A stretch of DNA of 64,000 bases from Macrostomum lignano (Eukaryota). The stretch lies in NCBI GenBank assembly GCA_002269645.1, contig NIVC01001515.1:1-64000 (forward strand), written 5' to 3'. Below, in pieces: positions 1-11,255 of this stretch; positions within the stretch are counted from its first letter, which is position 1, and each line of letters begins with the position of its first letter. The notes below the pieces were generated by a model. The model saw only the letters and a program-made list of their open reading frames with translations. It was not told where the DNA came from and made no database searches. Position numbers and translations under genes: made by a program.

Positions 1-430
1 TTTCTCCGGATGGTGGCCGACCCTCGGCCGGCCAAGCCCCCAGCCGCCTGCCGGCGGCGTCGAGGGCTCAGTGTAGAGAGAGAGAGCACTCCTGCACCGG
101 CTCTGGCAGTACGACTCGGCGCGGAGGATGTGGCCTGCCAGTTGGAGTCGCCGACGGCGCAACAGGTCGCTTGGACGGACCAGGCCGGCGCGGTGATACA
201 AAGCCGCGTGGTCACTCGCTCGTAGCCGATCTTGAAGACGCCGCGTCAACTTATTGCTCGAGCGACTCCGTCAGCGTCCAGGTCTCGGCGTTGTACAACA
301 GGACGGTCTCGATCAACGCCTGAACAACGCCGCCCTCTGGCGGTCAGGTAAGGCTCGGACTGCAGGACTGCCCTCAAGGAACGAAAGGCAGCCCAAGCAA
401 GCCCGCGGCGACGCCGCAAATCCTCGCGTT
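1..430 (-). mobile_element. 5'-truncated RTE-like non-LTR retrotransposon fragment (post-RT C-terminal region), degraded
   Basis: Minus-strand translation gives DLRRRRGLAWAAFRSLRAVLQSE...QALIETVLLYNAETWTLTESLEQ*VDAA...RRRRLQLAGHILRAE, typical of RTE ORF C-termini. It contains stops and frameshifts and is homologous to 12720-12870. The 3' end lies beyond the window start. Confidence 0.7.
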
Positions 431-857
431 CTTTTTTCTTTCGCATTCAGGCATCGGCGCTACCGCAGGAACAGAACGTCAGCTGGCTGGATCAGCCGGC
501 TGAGGCAGCCAGTTCAAACAAGCTGTCACTCGTGTGAAGTCGTGGATTCAATATATGGCTGCAATATCAATTATGCATTAGTGGAACGCGTCATTAACAT
601 TTGGACAGGCTTAAGTCCTCGCTGGAACCGCTTCTGTACGCTATGTGATGCACTACTTTTCGTTGATTCTGGACGAAACGAATGCAAGGCACATTCATGG
701 GACAACTGTGAACTGAGCAAAAATTTTACGAATATCCATCAGCAGTCCTGCCATGCCCGTACCATGAAAACCAGGGTCGGAAACTCCGGCCTCTCCATCC
801 GGCCTTTGGGGTCCTTTGAAACTTCACAATGGCAGTCCGGCCCGCTCAAGGCTTGTG

Positions 858-950
858 TCTCTCTCAGTTCTCTCTCTCTCCTCTCTCCTCTCCTCTCCTC
901 TCCTCTCCTCTCCTCTCCTCTCCTCTCCTCTCTTCTATTCTCTTCTCTCA
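858..950. repeat. (CTCTC)n pyrimidine microsatellite
   Basis: Directly visible. Confidence 0.9.
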
Positions 951-1689
951 TCGCATCTCTCATTTCACCTCTTTTCTTTCTCTCTCCTATATTCCCCCTC
1001 TCTATTTGGAACGCAGCAATGTTCTACGAGCGTAGATTCTTGATCTGGCCCTTAAGGTAGAAAAGCTTTTCTACCCCTGGTGTAAAGGATTTCTGAAGAG
1101 TTCTTTAGCGATAGGAAATTTCAAAGTCTCTCAAGAGTCTCCCTAAAGTCTCACTAAAGCCGCTTATCAATTTCCTAAGTTATGGTGAAGTCCCAAGCTC
1201 AACAAGCTCTTAGCAAGCTGTTGAGTCAAGTAAATCCGGGTTGTCCTTTTAATCCGCACTCCTATCGCTGTGGTTTAGTCTGATAATTAAAAATGCGATC
1301 TTTCTATCGAAAGCCTGAAAGAAGTTAATGCCACAATGTACACTCACTGTACCGTTAAGGTTGGTAAGCCGGAACCGAACCAGGGGTTAAACGCGCGTTC
1401 ACCTCTAGGTTTTTCTGCCACTCTATAAATTGATTGTACACGCAGTTCGATAAAAACTATACATCTCATCGCTCAGGGTAACTATAGCAGCAGAAATTGG
1501 GGAGTTCTACAGATGCAACTAGCGGTATCTTTTGGAGGTTGCATAAGCGTGCACAAGCGTGCAGGCTCCGAGTTGTATCTAAGCGCGCAACAAGAAACAA
1601 AAGAGAACTCACACGAAAGTGCGCTGTTAGTGATTGGCACAAGGGCGCAGGCAATCGATAGCATTTCCAAGCGTTGTACATCATCACAA

Positions 1690-2810
1690 ACCCTCCCTGA
1701 TAGCGATAGCAGCCAGTGGCGGCTCATCAAAGAACCCTGATAGCAGCCAGTGGCGGCTCATCAAAGAACCCTGATAGCCGACAGTGGCGGCTCATCAAAG
1801 AACCCTGATAGCCGACAGTGGCGGCTCATCAAAGAACCCTGATAGCCGACAGTGGCGGCTCATCAAAGAACCCTGATAGCCGACAGTGGCGGCTCATCAA
1901 AGAACCCTGATAGCCGACAGTGGCGGCTCATCAAAGAACCCTGATAGCCGACAGTGGCGGCTCATCAAAGAACCCTGATAGCCGACAGTGGCGGCTCATC
2001 AAAGAACCCTGATAGCCGACAGTGGCGGCTCATCAAAGAACCCTGATAGCCGACAGTGGCGGCTCATCAAAGAACCCTGATAGCCTACAGTGGCGGCTCA
2101 TCAAAGAACCCTGATAGGACAGTGGCGGCTCATCAAAGAACCCAGATAGGACAGTGGCGGCTCATCAAAGAACCCTGATAGCCGACAGTGGCGGCTCATC
2201 AAAGAACCCTGATAGGACAGTGGCGGCTCATCAAAGAACCCTGATAGCCGACAGTGGCGGCTCATCAAAGAACCCTGATAGCCGACAGTGGCGGCTCATC
2301 AAAGAACCCTGATAGCCGACAGTGGCGGCTCATCAAAGAACCCTGATAGCCGACAGTGGCGGCTCATCAAAGAACCCTGATAGGACAGTGGCGGCTCATC
2401 AAAGAACCCTGATAGCCGACAGTGGCGGCTCATCAAAGAACCCTGATAGCCGACAGTGGCGGCTCATCAAAGAACCCTGATAGCCGACAGTGGCGGCTCA
2501 TCAAAGAACCCTGATAGCCGACAGTGGCGGCTCATCAAAGAACCCTGATAGGACAGTGGCGGCTCATCAAAGAACCCTGATAGGACAGTGGCGGCTCATC
2601 AAAGAACCCTGATAGCGACAGTGGCGGCTCATCAAAGAACCCTGATAGCAGCCAGCGGTGGCTCATAAAAGTACCATGATAGCAGCCAGCGGTGGCTCAT
2701 CAAAGAACCCTGATAGCAGCCAGCGGTGGCTCATAAAAGTACCCTGATAGCAGCCAGCGGTGGCTCATCAAAGAACCATGATAGCAGCCAGTGGCGGCTC
2801 ATCAAAGAAT
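1690..2810. repeat. 34-bp minisatellite (GCCGACAGTGGCGGCTCATCAAAGAACCCTGATA), about 30 copies
   Basis: Tandem units directly visible, with no unique spacers. Confidence 0.95.
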
Positions 2811-3749
2811 CTTAAATTTATTGTCAGCCAGCTGAAACAGATTTACAATCTGCTGATTAGGAATGAAGCAACAGCTGGCTTGACACAGACGCCGCTGTTA
2901 AGGGGCCTTATTAAGGTCTTCAATTGTACAGCATGAAGTACTCGTAGACTTACTCGCAAGCCTACTTCAAGCGTAGAGATCGTCGCTTCTAGCAGCTTCC
3001 TGTGACACCTCTCTGCCATGCTCGTATATTTCTAAACTGTATAGCATTAGGAGTTGTACGGACTTAATTAAGGTTGGGGCAGATGCGGCCTTAAAGATTG
3101 CCATAGCAGGCGGCACCGCGGGCGGCAATTTGTGCTGCTGCTGACCGGCTGTGCCCCGCTGTTTTGATGAAGCTAGATCTTAGAGCTCTTCAACAACCTT
3201 GCTACGGCAATTGCTGATGCGAAATTTCGACAGTTTTTATTGCTTACATTATTAGCAACCCTGTTTAATCTCTGTAGAATTCGTATCATTGTCATTTCTC
3301 TTTTCCAACGGCAGTTTGCATCGATATGAACTTCTGATTTATGGATATGAACTCTCATCCGCTTAAACTTTGGGTGGCCAGCAAAACAATTTTTATGTGC
3401 CAAACTACTCTGTTATTTTTGTTGAGCCATGCGGAATCCGAGTCATTCCTATTCTGTGGGATTCAGCCAGCAGACTGTTTACCTGGGAGCCGCAACACAA
3501 AACAAAAAACAGATAGACATTCAAGACCTGCTTTGCCATTCATTGCCCAGTACCGCAGTTGCACTCTTGCAGTGCTGAGTAGCTTGGATTTATTGGGAAT
3601 TTAATGCACTCTCTTCTGCTTCCTCAAAGTAACCAATGCTCGAATTACTAAAATGCAAACTGAGGTACTAAAATGCATTCTAAGCCAGGTTAGAGCAACC
3701 AATCAATTAGTCACGTGCTGTGAGCGATTAAGTGAACTGATCAGTTCCT

Positions 3750-4171
3750 GATTTCATGAGTGACTGCATGAGCTGATGAGCAAGCTTGAGTTTGAGTTCA
3801 TGTGTTAATGAGTGAGCTCGTGAGTGGGCTCATGAGCGGGTTCATAGGTGATTTTATGAGTGAGTTCATGAGTTTATGAGCGATGTTTTAGTTCATGATT
3901 AAGTTTATGAGCAAGTTCATGAGTGGTTTATGAGTGGGTTCATGGGTGAGTGAGTTAATTTGTGAGTTGATGAGTGCGTTCATGAGCTTCTGTAGTGAGC
4001 TTATGAGTGAGTTCACAAGTTAATGAGTTTATGAATGATTTTTAGTTCATAAGAGGATTAATAATTTGGTTCATGAATGGGGTTGGATATGAATGTGTTC
4101 GTGAGAGAGGTCGAGAGTGATTTCATGAATTTATGAGTGATTTTTTTATTTCATGAGTGAGTTCATGAGGG
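3750..4171. repeat. Degenerate ATGAG/GTTCATGAG low-complexity repeat that continues at 9501-9610
   Basis: The same motif-rich sequence lies on both sides of the retrotransposon and is its insertion target. Confidence 0.7.
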
Positions 4172-4413
4172 GCACGCGAAGGCGTATTCAGCATGCCAGT
4201 GAAGTATGAGAAAGACTAGGCCCATGGGCTAAGGTCTGCGATGCTTCACGCCTGCCCCTATCTTCAGCAGGTCAAGGCTGGTGGGAGGTCTGCACCCTCT
4301 ATTTGCCTCTGGCAGCCGCAGACCCCCCCCACGCTGTCTCGCAAGTCGACCCAGGGTACTCATCCCCGCGTGTGTTCAAGGCAGTCCCTAGGGCTGCTGG
4401 ACAGACTGGGCTC
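4172..4413 (+). ncRNA. Candidate HDV-like self-cleaving ribozyme at the 5' end of the retrotransposon
   Basis: P1 GCACGCG 4172-4178 / CGCGTGT 4367-4373 (G1-U wobble). P2 ACCCA 4349-4353. P3 GGG 4354-4356 / CCC 4364-4366. L3 TACTCAT. P1.1 AC 4358-4359 / GT 4374-4375. P4 hairpin 4376-4400. J4/2 and the P2 3' strand are either 4401-4413 or CGAATTTGGGT 4446-4456. Folded by hand only. Confidence 0.65.
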
Positions 4414-4688
4414 CGGCGCTGGCGACCCTATCCAGTGGCTTCGGCCGAATTTGGGTATGCGGGTCTGGCTCGCCAACCTGCAGGCCGTGGTACTGCTCAA
4501 CGTACTCTCTAATGCCTAAGGTGTTGACCGTGCCGATAAGCTGGAAGGCCGGGGAGTAGTCCGGTCGCAAGCGGTCCCCCTCCTGGTTTCGGGCCAGCCT
4601 TGAGGGTGCTATTGGCCTACTGCCCGGTCAGGTGGAGCGGCCGGGTGGGTACCGCGCCCCTTTGAGGGTAGCCCACCAACCTTTTATC

Positions 4689-5626
4689 ATGGCCTTCGAG
4701 CCGATTATGGATAACAAAGCTTTTTCTAGGGACGGGGACCCTTCTAAACCCCAACCTCAGTCCGAAGGACCGGCCGGCCCTGCTGGCAGATCCCAACCGA
4801 CTGATTCAACTGTGGCAAAGGAAGGACCGGCTGGCTCTGCTGGCAGATCCGACCAGAGCTACCAAACTCATAATACCCAAAGACCTGCCAGCTCCGCTGG
4901 TGGATCTAAGGGAACCGCGAGCTCTGAGCCTAAAGGACCGGCCAAATCTGGCAGATCCGATGAAGCTCAGCGGGCTCGGCTTGAGCGCAAACGCGCTAAA
5001 CAACGCGCCAAAAGGCAGGCCAAGAAGGGAGCTGCGGGGGCCAAAGCGGCGGCGTCCACCATGGATGCTGAAGCGACTGGCGTCCCAAGGCAACCAGACG
5101 GGCCGGCCGGTGGAAGCTCCGGTAGTTCAGCGGCGGCGCTCCCTGGAGATGCTGCTGCGGCTGCTGAGGCCGAAACCACGGCGCAACAAATGGCCACTGC
5201 CAACAAGGAGGTTCCTTCGGGAGCTACCTTTGCGGCGAAGGCCAAGGCCAAAATCCCGGGAGTGATCATCCAAGGTCGCGACCAGGACTGGACCACTGAT
5301 CAGCTTCAAAAAGTGTGGAGTGCTGTTGACTCCTATCTGATCCTATCTGGCTCCGGCCAAGCCCCGGGAACCAAACCTGCCAGTCGGAGAAGGAGTTGAG
5401 GACGAGGCCGGGTCTTCGGAATCCGAGCTCTCCTCGGCCACCCTGGTGGGGTCTGAAGGTAAAGATGCAGGTGAGGAAGCTTCCTCCATCCTGTCATCGG
5501 AGCCTGAGGACTCTGCTGGGGGGGGGCGGTGGGGGTGAGGAGGCCATGGACGTCGACCAACTCCCATCTCCCAGTCAAGCCCCAGCGGCCTGGGACGAGG
5601 ACGATCTGTTGTCCAAGTCTCCTTGA
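4689..5626 (+). pseudogene. ORF1 of the non-LTR element, frameshifted
   Basis: ATG at 4689, Ala/Gly/Lys-rich N-terminus and acidic C-terminus (EGVEDEAGSSES...EEAMDVDQ...WDEDDLLSKSP*). The frame is restored by removing a 10-bp tandem duplication (TCCTATCTGA, 5331-5350) and one G from the G9 run at 5518-5526. Confidence 0.6.
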
Positions 5627-5665
5627 TGGCCCTGGGCTCTAGCCAGAAATTGCATTTAATACAGT

Positions 5666-8600
5666 ATGACTAAGCTCCACGCTGCCAAAGGAGCGACATT
5701 CTGTCTGCAAATTAATTTACAGCATTGCGTATCTGCGTCAGTAAATCTGATGATGCTGAGCTGTACAGGCCAGGCCTCATCCTGATCCAGGAACCCTGGA
5801 TGCGCAACGGTAAGTTGCCCAACATTCCCTCTGGCTACTCTGATTTTTATGTGTGTGGCCCGGGGAACAGCCGCCCTAGAGCGGCTATCCTCGCTGCTAG
5901 CCATCTCCAGGCTTGGCTGAGGACTGATCTCTCTGATGGAGACCTTTGCGTCATCCAATCTAATCATTTCTCTCCGCGTACGTGTCTTGTTGCCTCGGTT
6001 TATATCCCAGGCGACAGAGACCCTGCTCCTGAGAGTTTACTGCGCCTCGCGCAGTACTGCGAGTCCCAGAACGCTGAGCTGTGCTTAGGGGGCGACCTCA
6101 ACGCGCACCACAAGCACTGGGGCAGCAAAGATACCAACACTAGAGGAGAGGAGCTTCTGGCCCTCATCTCTAACACAAACCTCATGCTCTGCAACCGCGG
6201 CAGCACTCCTACCTTTAATAATGGCAGATGGACCGAGGTCCTCGACGCCACACTCGTTACCCCAAGACTCTTTGACAGAGTTGAGGAGTGGAGAGTCTGG
6301 TCTGAGGAGCCCTCCCTGTCTGACCACTGCTTTATCGCCTTTAACATCGCGGACACTAAAACCCAGTCTCCGATCACTTGGAGACGCAATATCCGCAACA
6401 CTGATTGGGCGGCCTACAAGGCTGCCCTTGATCTGCACCTGCAGGAACTCACGGACTTACGTCCGATTGAGACCTGCGAGGATGTGGATCATATGGCTGA
6501 GACGCTGACAGGTTGCATTATTGAAGCCTACGAAGCGGCTTGTCCTGCTCGCGCCTACAAAGGCAAGACCTCGGCGCCGTGGTGGAACCCGGAGCTGGGG
6601 AAACTCAGGCGGAAGGCCAAAAGCCTTCATCGCCGTGCCATGAAGACCGGAAACCCGGAGGACATGGAGCTTTTCCGGCAAGCCTCCCGCAATTTCAAAT
6701 CTGAAGTGCGCAAGGCCAAGGAATGTAAGTGGCGCCAATTCTGCAATGAATTGGATCAAGACAGACCTACTTCTAGGCTTGTCAAGGCCCTTACAATGGA
6801 CAAAATGTCCAAATTAGCCATGATCAAAAAAGATGATGGCTCTCTTACTAAAGACCCTGAAGAAGTGCTTCAGCATATGCTTAGCACATTCTTCCCGAGG
6901 GTACCTACTGCTAGACCGGAGCCCAACCATTCGATGGATGGAGCCACCCTAGCGGCGGGCATTGTCACTGAAGACCTAATCGCTCGTGCGGTCAGAACCT
7001 TCAAACCCTTCAAATCTCCTGGACCTGATGGTATCTACCCTGTTCTCCTTCGTGAAGCAGCCAAGATACCCTCGTTCCTGAGACTCACCCGCAATCTTAT
7101 GCGGGCCTCTATCCAGCTGGGATACGTTCCCAAATGCTGGACTGAAGCTCGGGTAGTCTTTATTCCCAAACCTGGGAAGGGTGACTACCAAAGCGTCAAG
7201 GCCTTCCGGCCTATTAGCTTAACGTCAGCAATGCTTAAGCTCACTGAGAGGCTTATTCTCTGGCGGCTGCTGTCCTGCGAGCTGACAGCGATGCCCCTCA
7301 GCAATAATCAGCACGCCTTCCGTACCGGGAGGTCGACTGACAGCGCCCTGCATGCGATTGTCGAGAAGATTGAAAGGGCGGTACTGGGTGACGGCTACGC
7401 TCTGGCTCTCTTTCTTGACATTGTTGGCGCCTTCGACAACGTTATCTTTGAAGCGTTTCAGAGGGCCCTTCAAAATCGCAAAGCTCATGCTACCCTCATA
7501 CGGTGGATCATGTACATGATCTCCAACCGTACGGTCACTGCCCAACTTCTTGGGCAAACTGCCTCCACCAGAGTCTGTAAGGGTGGACCCCAAGGCGGAG
7601 TCCTCACCCCGACGCTCTGGAACCTGGTCATGGACGCTCTTTTGAGTGACTCCCGACCCGACCTCGTCTTCAAAGTCGGGTATGCTGATGACGTCACGGC
7701 CATTGTGGCAGGACCGTCTCCCAGCACGCTCAGGGATCTGATGCAGAGCTTTATCCGCAAAGCAGAATCCTGGGCCAATGACAATGGTCTGGAACTCTCT
7801 GAGCCCAAAACCGTTGCCATTATGTTTACCAGCAGACTACGCTGGAACATACGTCCTCTGCAGCTCTACGGCAGAGATATTGCCTTCGCGCACCAGACCA
7901 GATGTCTCGGGGTCATACTTGACCACCGGCTCAACTGGTCCTCCCACGTGAAAGCAAAAGCCAAGCGTGCCTCAGCCATCCTGGCCCAGCTCCGACGAGC
8001 ACTTGGCACTTCTTGGGGTCTATCCCCAAAGCGGCTTTGGTGGATCTATACTTCCGTAGTTAGACCTGCCATTACGTACGCCTCTGTTGTCTGGGTTAGC
8101 GCTACCCAGGTCAAAAGCCATGCAGACCTGCTCAACACGATCCAAGGCAGAGCGTGTAGGCTCATCTGCAACGCCACCAGGTCCACGCCCTTTGCTGGCA
8201 TGGGGGCCTTCCTTAATCTTCCGCCTCTTGACCTCTTCATCAGGGGTGAGGCGGCTAGAACGACGCGGCGTCTAATTGATGCCGGCGTCAAATTCATTTA
8301 CATGAGAGCACCTGCTAAGCGGAACCTTGTCCCGCATAGCGATCTGTGCCTCAACTTTCTCAACGAGTGTCAGGCCAATCGCGTCTTCACCGATGGCATT
8401 GCCTCAACGCTCAACCTGAGACAGCGCTACTCCGTAGCTATCGACTCGCGCGATAACATCAATGACCAATGGAACCCTGGTGAGCTTCATTGCTACACCG
8501 ACGGTTCTAAGCAGTCAGCCAACACCGGCTTTGGTGTTGGAATCTTTCTGAACGGGAGGGTCATCGCTACCCACGCTCAATACACTGGGGTCAACTCCAG

Positions 8601-9402
8601 TGTTTTCCAAAATGAAGTTCTGGCCATCAGCTCCTGCACTGCTGAGCTTCTCGCCACTGGCGTTACTGGTAAGAACATCATTTTCCATTCGGACAGCCAA
8701 GCTGCCTTGCACGCCATCAGTGGCTGCAGCACCAACTCTGCTACAGTCCTCGACTGTATCAAACTCCTCAACGTGTTGGGTTCCGCCAACAAAATTACCC
8801 TTAAGTGGGTTCCGGGGCATGTGGGGATCCGAGGAAATGAGTTGGCTGACACCCTTGCAAAAGTTGGTGCCTCCGGCTCCTCTCTCGGCCCCGAACCTCT
8901 TGTCCCGATTCCTGGCTGTGTCATCGACTCGCGCATCAAAGCGTGGATCAGGACTCAGCACCGCTCGCCTTGGGCGAACCGCACGAACTGCAGGCAATCC
9001 AGAGGCGCTGTCCCTCAGCCCTCTCACCAGCTTCGGAAGCTCCTCTTGCGCCTCTCGCGCAGAGACATCCGGGCTGCCACCATGACCCTCTCTGGTCACG
9101 GCTGCTTCTCCAGGCACCAGTACCTGCAGGGCAACGCCACCAACGCCACCTGTAGTTTCTGCAACTCAGGTGACGAAACCGCTGAGCATTTCGTCAGCAT
9201 CTGTCCCGCCTTCACGCGGGCCAGACTCACTTACCTCGGGCCACACACATCTATTACTGAAGCGTGCAAACCCGAAAACTTTAATCAGCTCATGCGCTAC
9301 CTTCGGGCCACCCGCAGGGCTGAACTCTCCTTTCCAGAGAGCACCATAGCTGCTGGCGACACTGGGGGACCTCCCTGGGCGGCGCCAACCCTCCGTCCAT
9401 AG
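5666..9402 (+). CDS. ORF2 pol: AP endonuclease + reverse transcriptase + RNase H + CCHC finger, with one frameshift near 5750
   Basis: APE motifs LQINLQH (frame from ATG 5666), LIQEPW, GDLNAHH, SDH. RT motifs FRPISL, FLDIVGAFD, GGPQGGVLTP, YADD. RNase H motifs YTDGSK, SDSQAAL, WVPGHVGIRGNELAD. Zinc finger CSFC..H...C. The frame is open from 5725 to 9402. Confidence 0.92.
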
Positions 9403-10924
9403 CGACGCGTCGGCCGATTAGGGACTAGCGGAATGGGCGCCCGCGCCTTCCCGCTGTGTCCCCTCCGGGACAGCCCTGCAGCTAAGTCAAGTAAGTCAAG
9501 AGTTCATGAGGGAGATCCTGATTTCAGGAGTGACTGAATGAGTTCATAGGATAGTTCTTTAACTCATATGAGTTTGAGTGTTAACCCCACTGAGTGACTG
9601 AGCGAGTGATTGCATCAAAACAGACTAGCCAAGCAAGTGGAAATATAAAACTAACGGAGTAGAAAGTGTGTAGGCAATAAAAAAGAGAAGAGAAATTGCC
9701 GAGAATCGCGGGGTCAGTACCTGCAGTGCATACATGGATAGCTGCTTGCAAAGAGCGGCCATACGCACTGCCCCAGCCCACGCAAGTATTGACCGCACTG
9801 CCGATTTTTCAAACCCGTCCCACTCTGTACGCAGCTGGTAGCGCTCGGGCTGGCACATTTGGGGGTCTCACCCAGCCAGTGTGTACACAGCTGGTGTGCA
9901 ATGCAGTGTACACGCCTGGCTGTACTGTCGCCCACGTATTCACTCAAACAGGCAGTGTGTATAATACGCAGGCATGCAGCTAGAATAACCGATGCTAGCC
10001 ACATGCTGCATGTAGAAATAATCGGCACGCTTGTGAAATCCAATCTTTGCAAAGTCATCTGCGATTTTGAGGAGATATAAGCGGCGGATTCTGGATTTTT
10101 TAGCCTCAGGTGAGTTGGGGACCCTAACCGGAATCAACTAAAAACGTAGCTCGCACATCGCATTTCAAATCTGTGAAAAAAAGATTAGCTACGCAGCTGT
10201 TTCTGGCGTGTGTTGTTGTTTTTGCTTTTTCTCTTGCTAATCCAGTGGTTATCGGTAGCGGGCGCATTGCGTGATCCAGTCCCGCGGTCATGTGATAGCC
10301 GCATTAATTCTAATCAAAAATGATACAGTGGACCAAAGCAGACTGTTGAGAATACGCACTGAAAGTTTTTTATGGTAATTTTTACCAATATTGATGGGCT
10401 GCAGAGGGCAGAAACGAGCTGTAACGCCGAGGCGCGTAGCACCGAGGAGTGTTCGCTCGTTTCTGCCCGATGCGGCCCATCCATATTAGTGTTATAGTTA
10501 GCGGGCGTGAAACCGCCTTTCACGGGCCGCTGAGACTTTCTATGGTAAAATCCTATTTACTCCAATGCATTCAGTCGGTTTCACGGGCCGCTGAAAATGT
10601 CTATTGCAAAGTCAGAAGAAAGCGGGGTCAAGGGGGCGCTGAGCCCCCTTGCGGGGGTGTGGGGGCGGAGCCCCCACATTATCACACCAGCACACAAGAT
10701 GAAGAAAGAAATAATGAAATCTAAAAAATGTCTATTGCCAAAACTCCTTATTTTGCGAATTGAAAAAAATAGTAACAGATACTAAGAATTATTAAGCAGC
10801 ACTAAGCTTTACTTTTAAAATATACAAGCTTCTGCTCGGATTACAGTGGACAGAAGTAAATCATTCGTATTTTTTTCTGAATCTTTAGAAGGCACCTTTA
10901 GCCCGTGGCTTCAACATACACAAC

Positions 10925-11255
10925 AGTTCCAGTCTATGGCTTCAATATAGTCACAAACCATTTAGTCTATGGCCTCAATATAGTCACAAACCATTTAGTC
11001 TATGGCTTTACGACGTAATATAGTCACAAACAGTTTAGTCTATGGCTTCGATGTAGTCACAAACTGTTTACTTTATGGCTTTGATATAGTCACACAGTTT
11101 AGTCTATGGCTTCAGTATAGTCACACAGTTTAGTCTATGGCTTCAATATAGTCACACAGTATTCTATGGCTTCGATATAGTCACACAGTTTAGTCAATGG
11201 CTTCGATATAATCACACAGTTTAGTCTATGGCTTCAATATAGTCACACGGTTTAG
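10925..11255. repeat. ~31-bp minisatellite (AGTCTATGGCTTCAATATAGTCACACAGTTT), about 10 copies
   Basis: Directly visible tandem units. Confidence 0.85.

Larger units (their letters stand above)
4172..9500 (+). mobile_element. Full-length non-LTR retrotransposon (APE-RT-RNaseH-CCHC; LOA/Lian-like, R1 group)
   Basis: TSD (G)AGTTCATGAGGG at 4159/4160-4171 and 9500/9501-9512. It has two ORFs, 3' UTR hairpins and a short tandem tail CTAAGTCAAGTAAGTCAAG. The clade is inferred from domain order. Confidence 0.9.

Noticed and set aside
1052-1076. TTAAGGTAG (R2 target-like) and the palindrome GGTAGAAAAGCTTTTTCTACC
   Set aside because: There is no surrounding 28S rDNA, and no matching terminus for a TTAA-TSD transposon was found.
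1690-2810. CRISPR-like appearance of the ~30-35-bp arrays here and elsewhere
   Set aside because: Head-to-tail repeats with no unique spacers and no cas genes, in a eukaryotic context.
4168-4290. Alternative CPEB3-like HDV fold using GGGGCA/TGCCCC and GCTTCACGC
   Set aside because: L3 is too short, there is no P1.1 G or catalytic J4/2, and it needs TSD bases. It is better read as J1/2 substructure of the 4172 fold.
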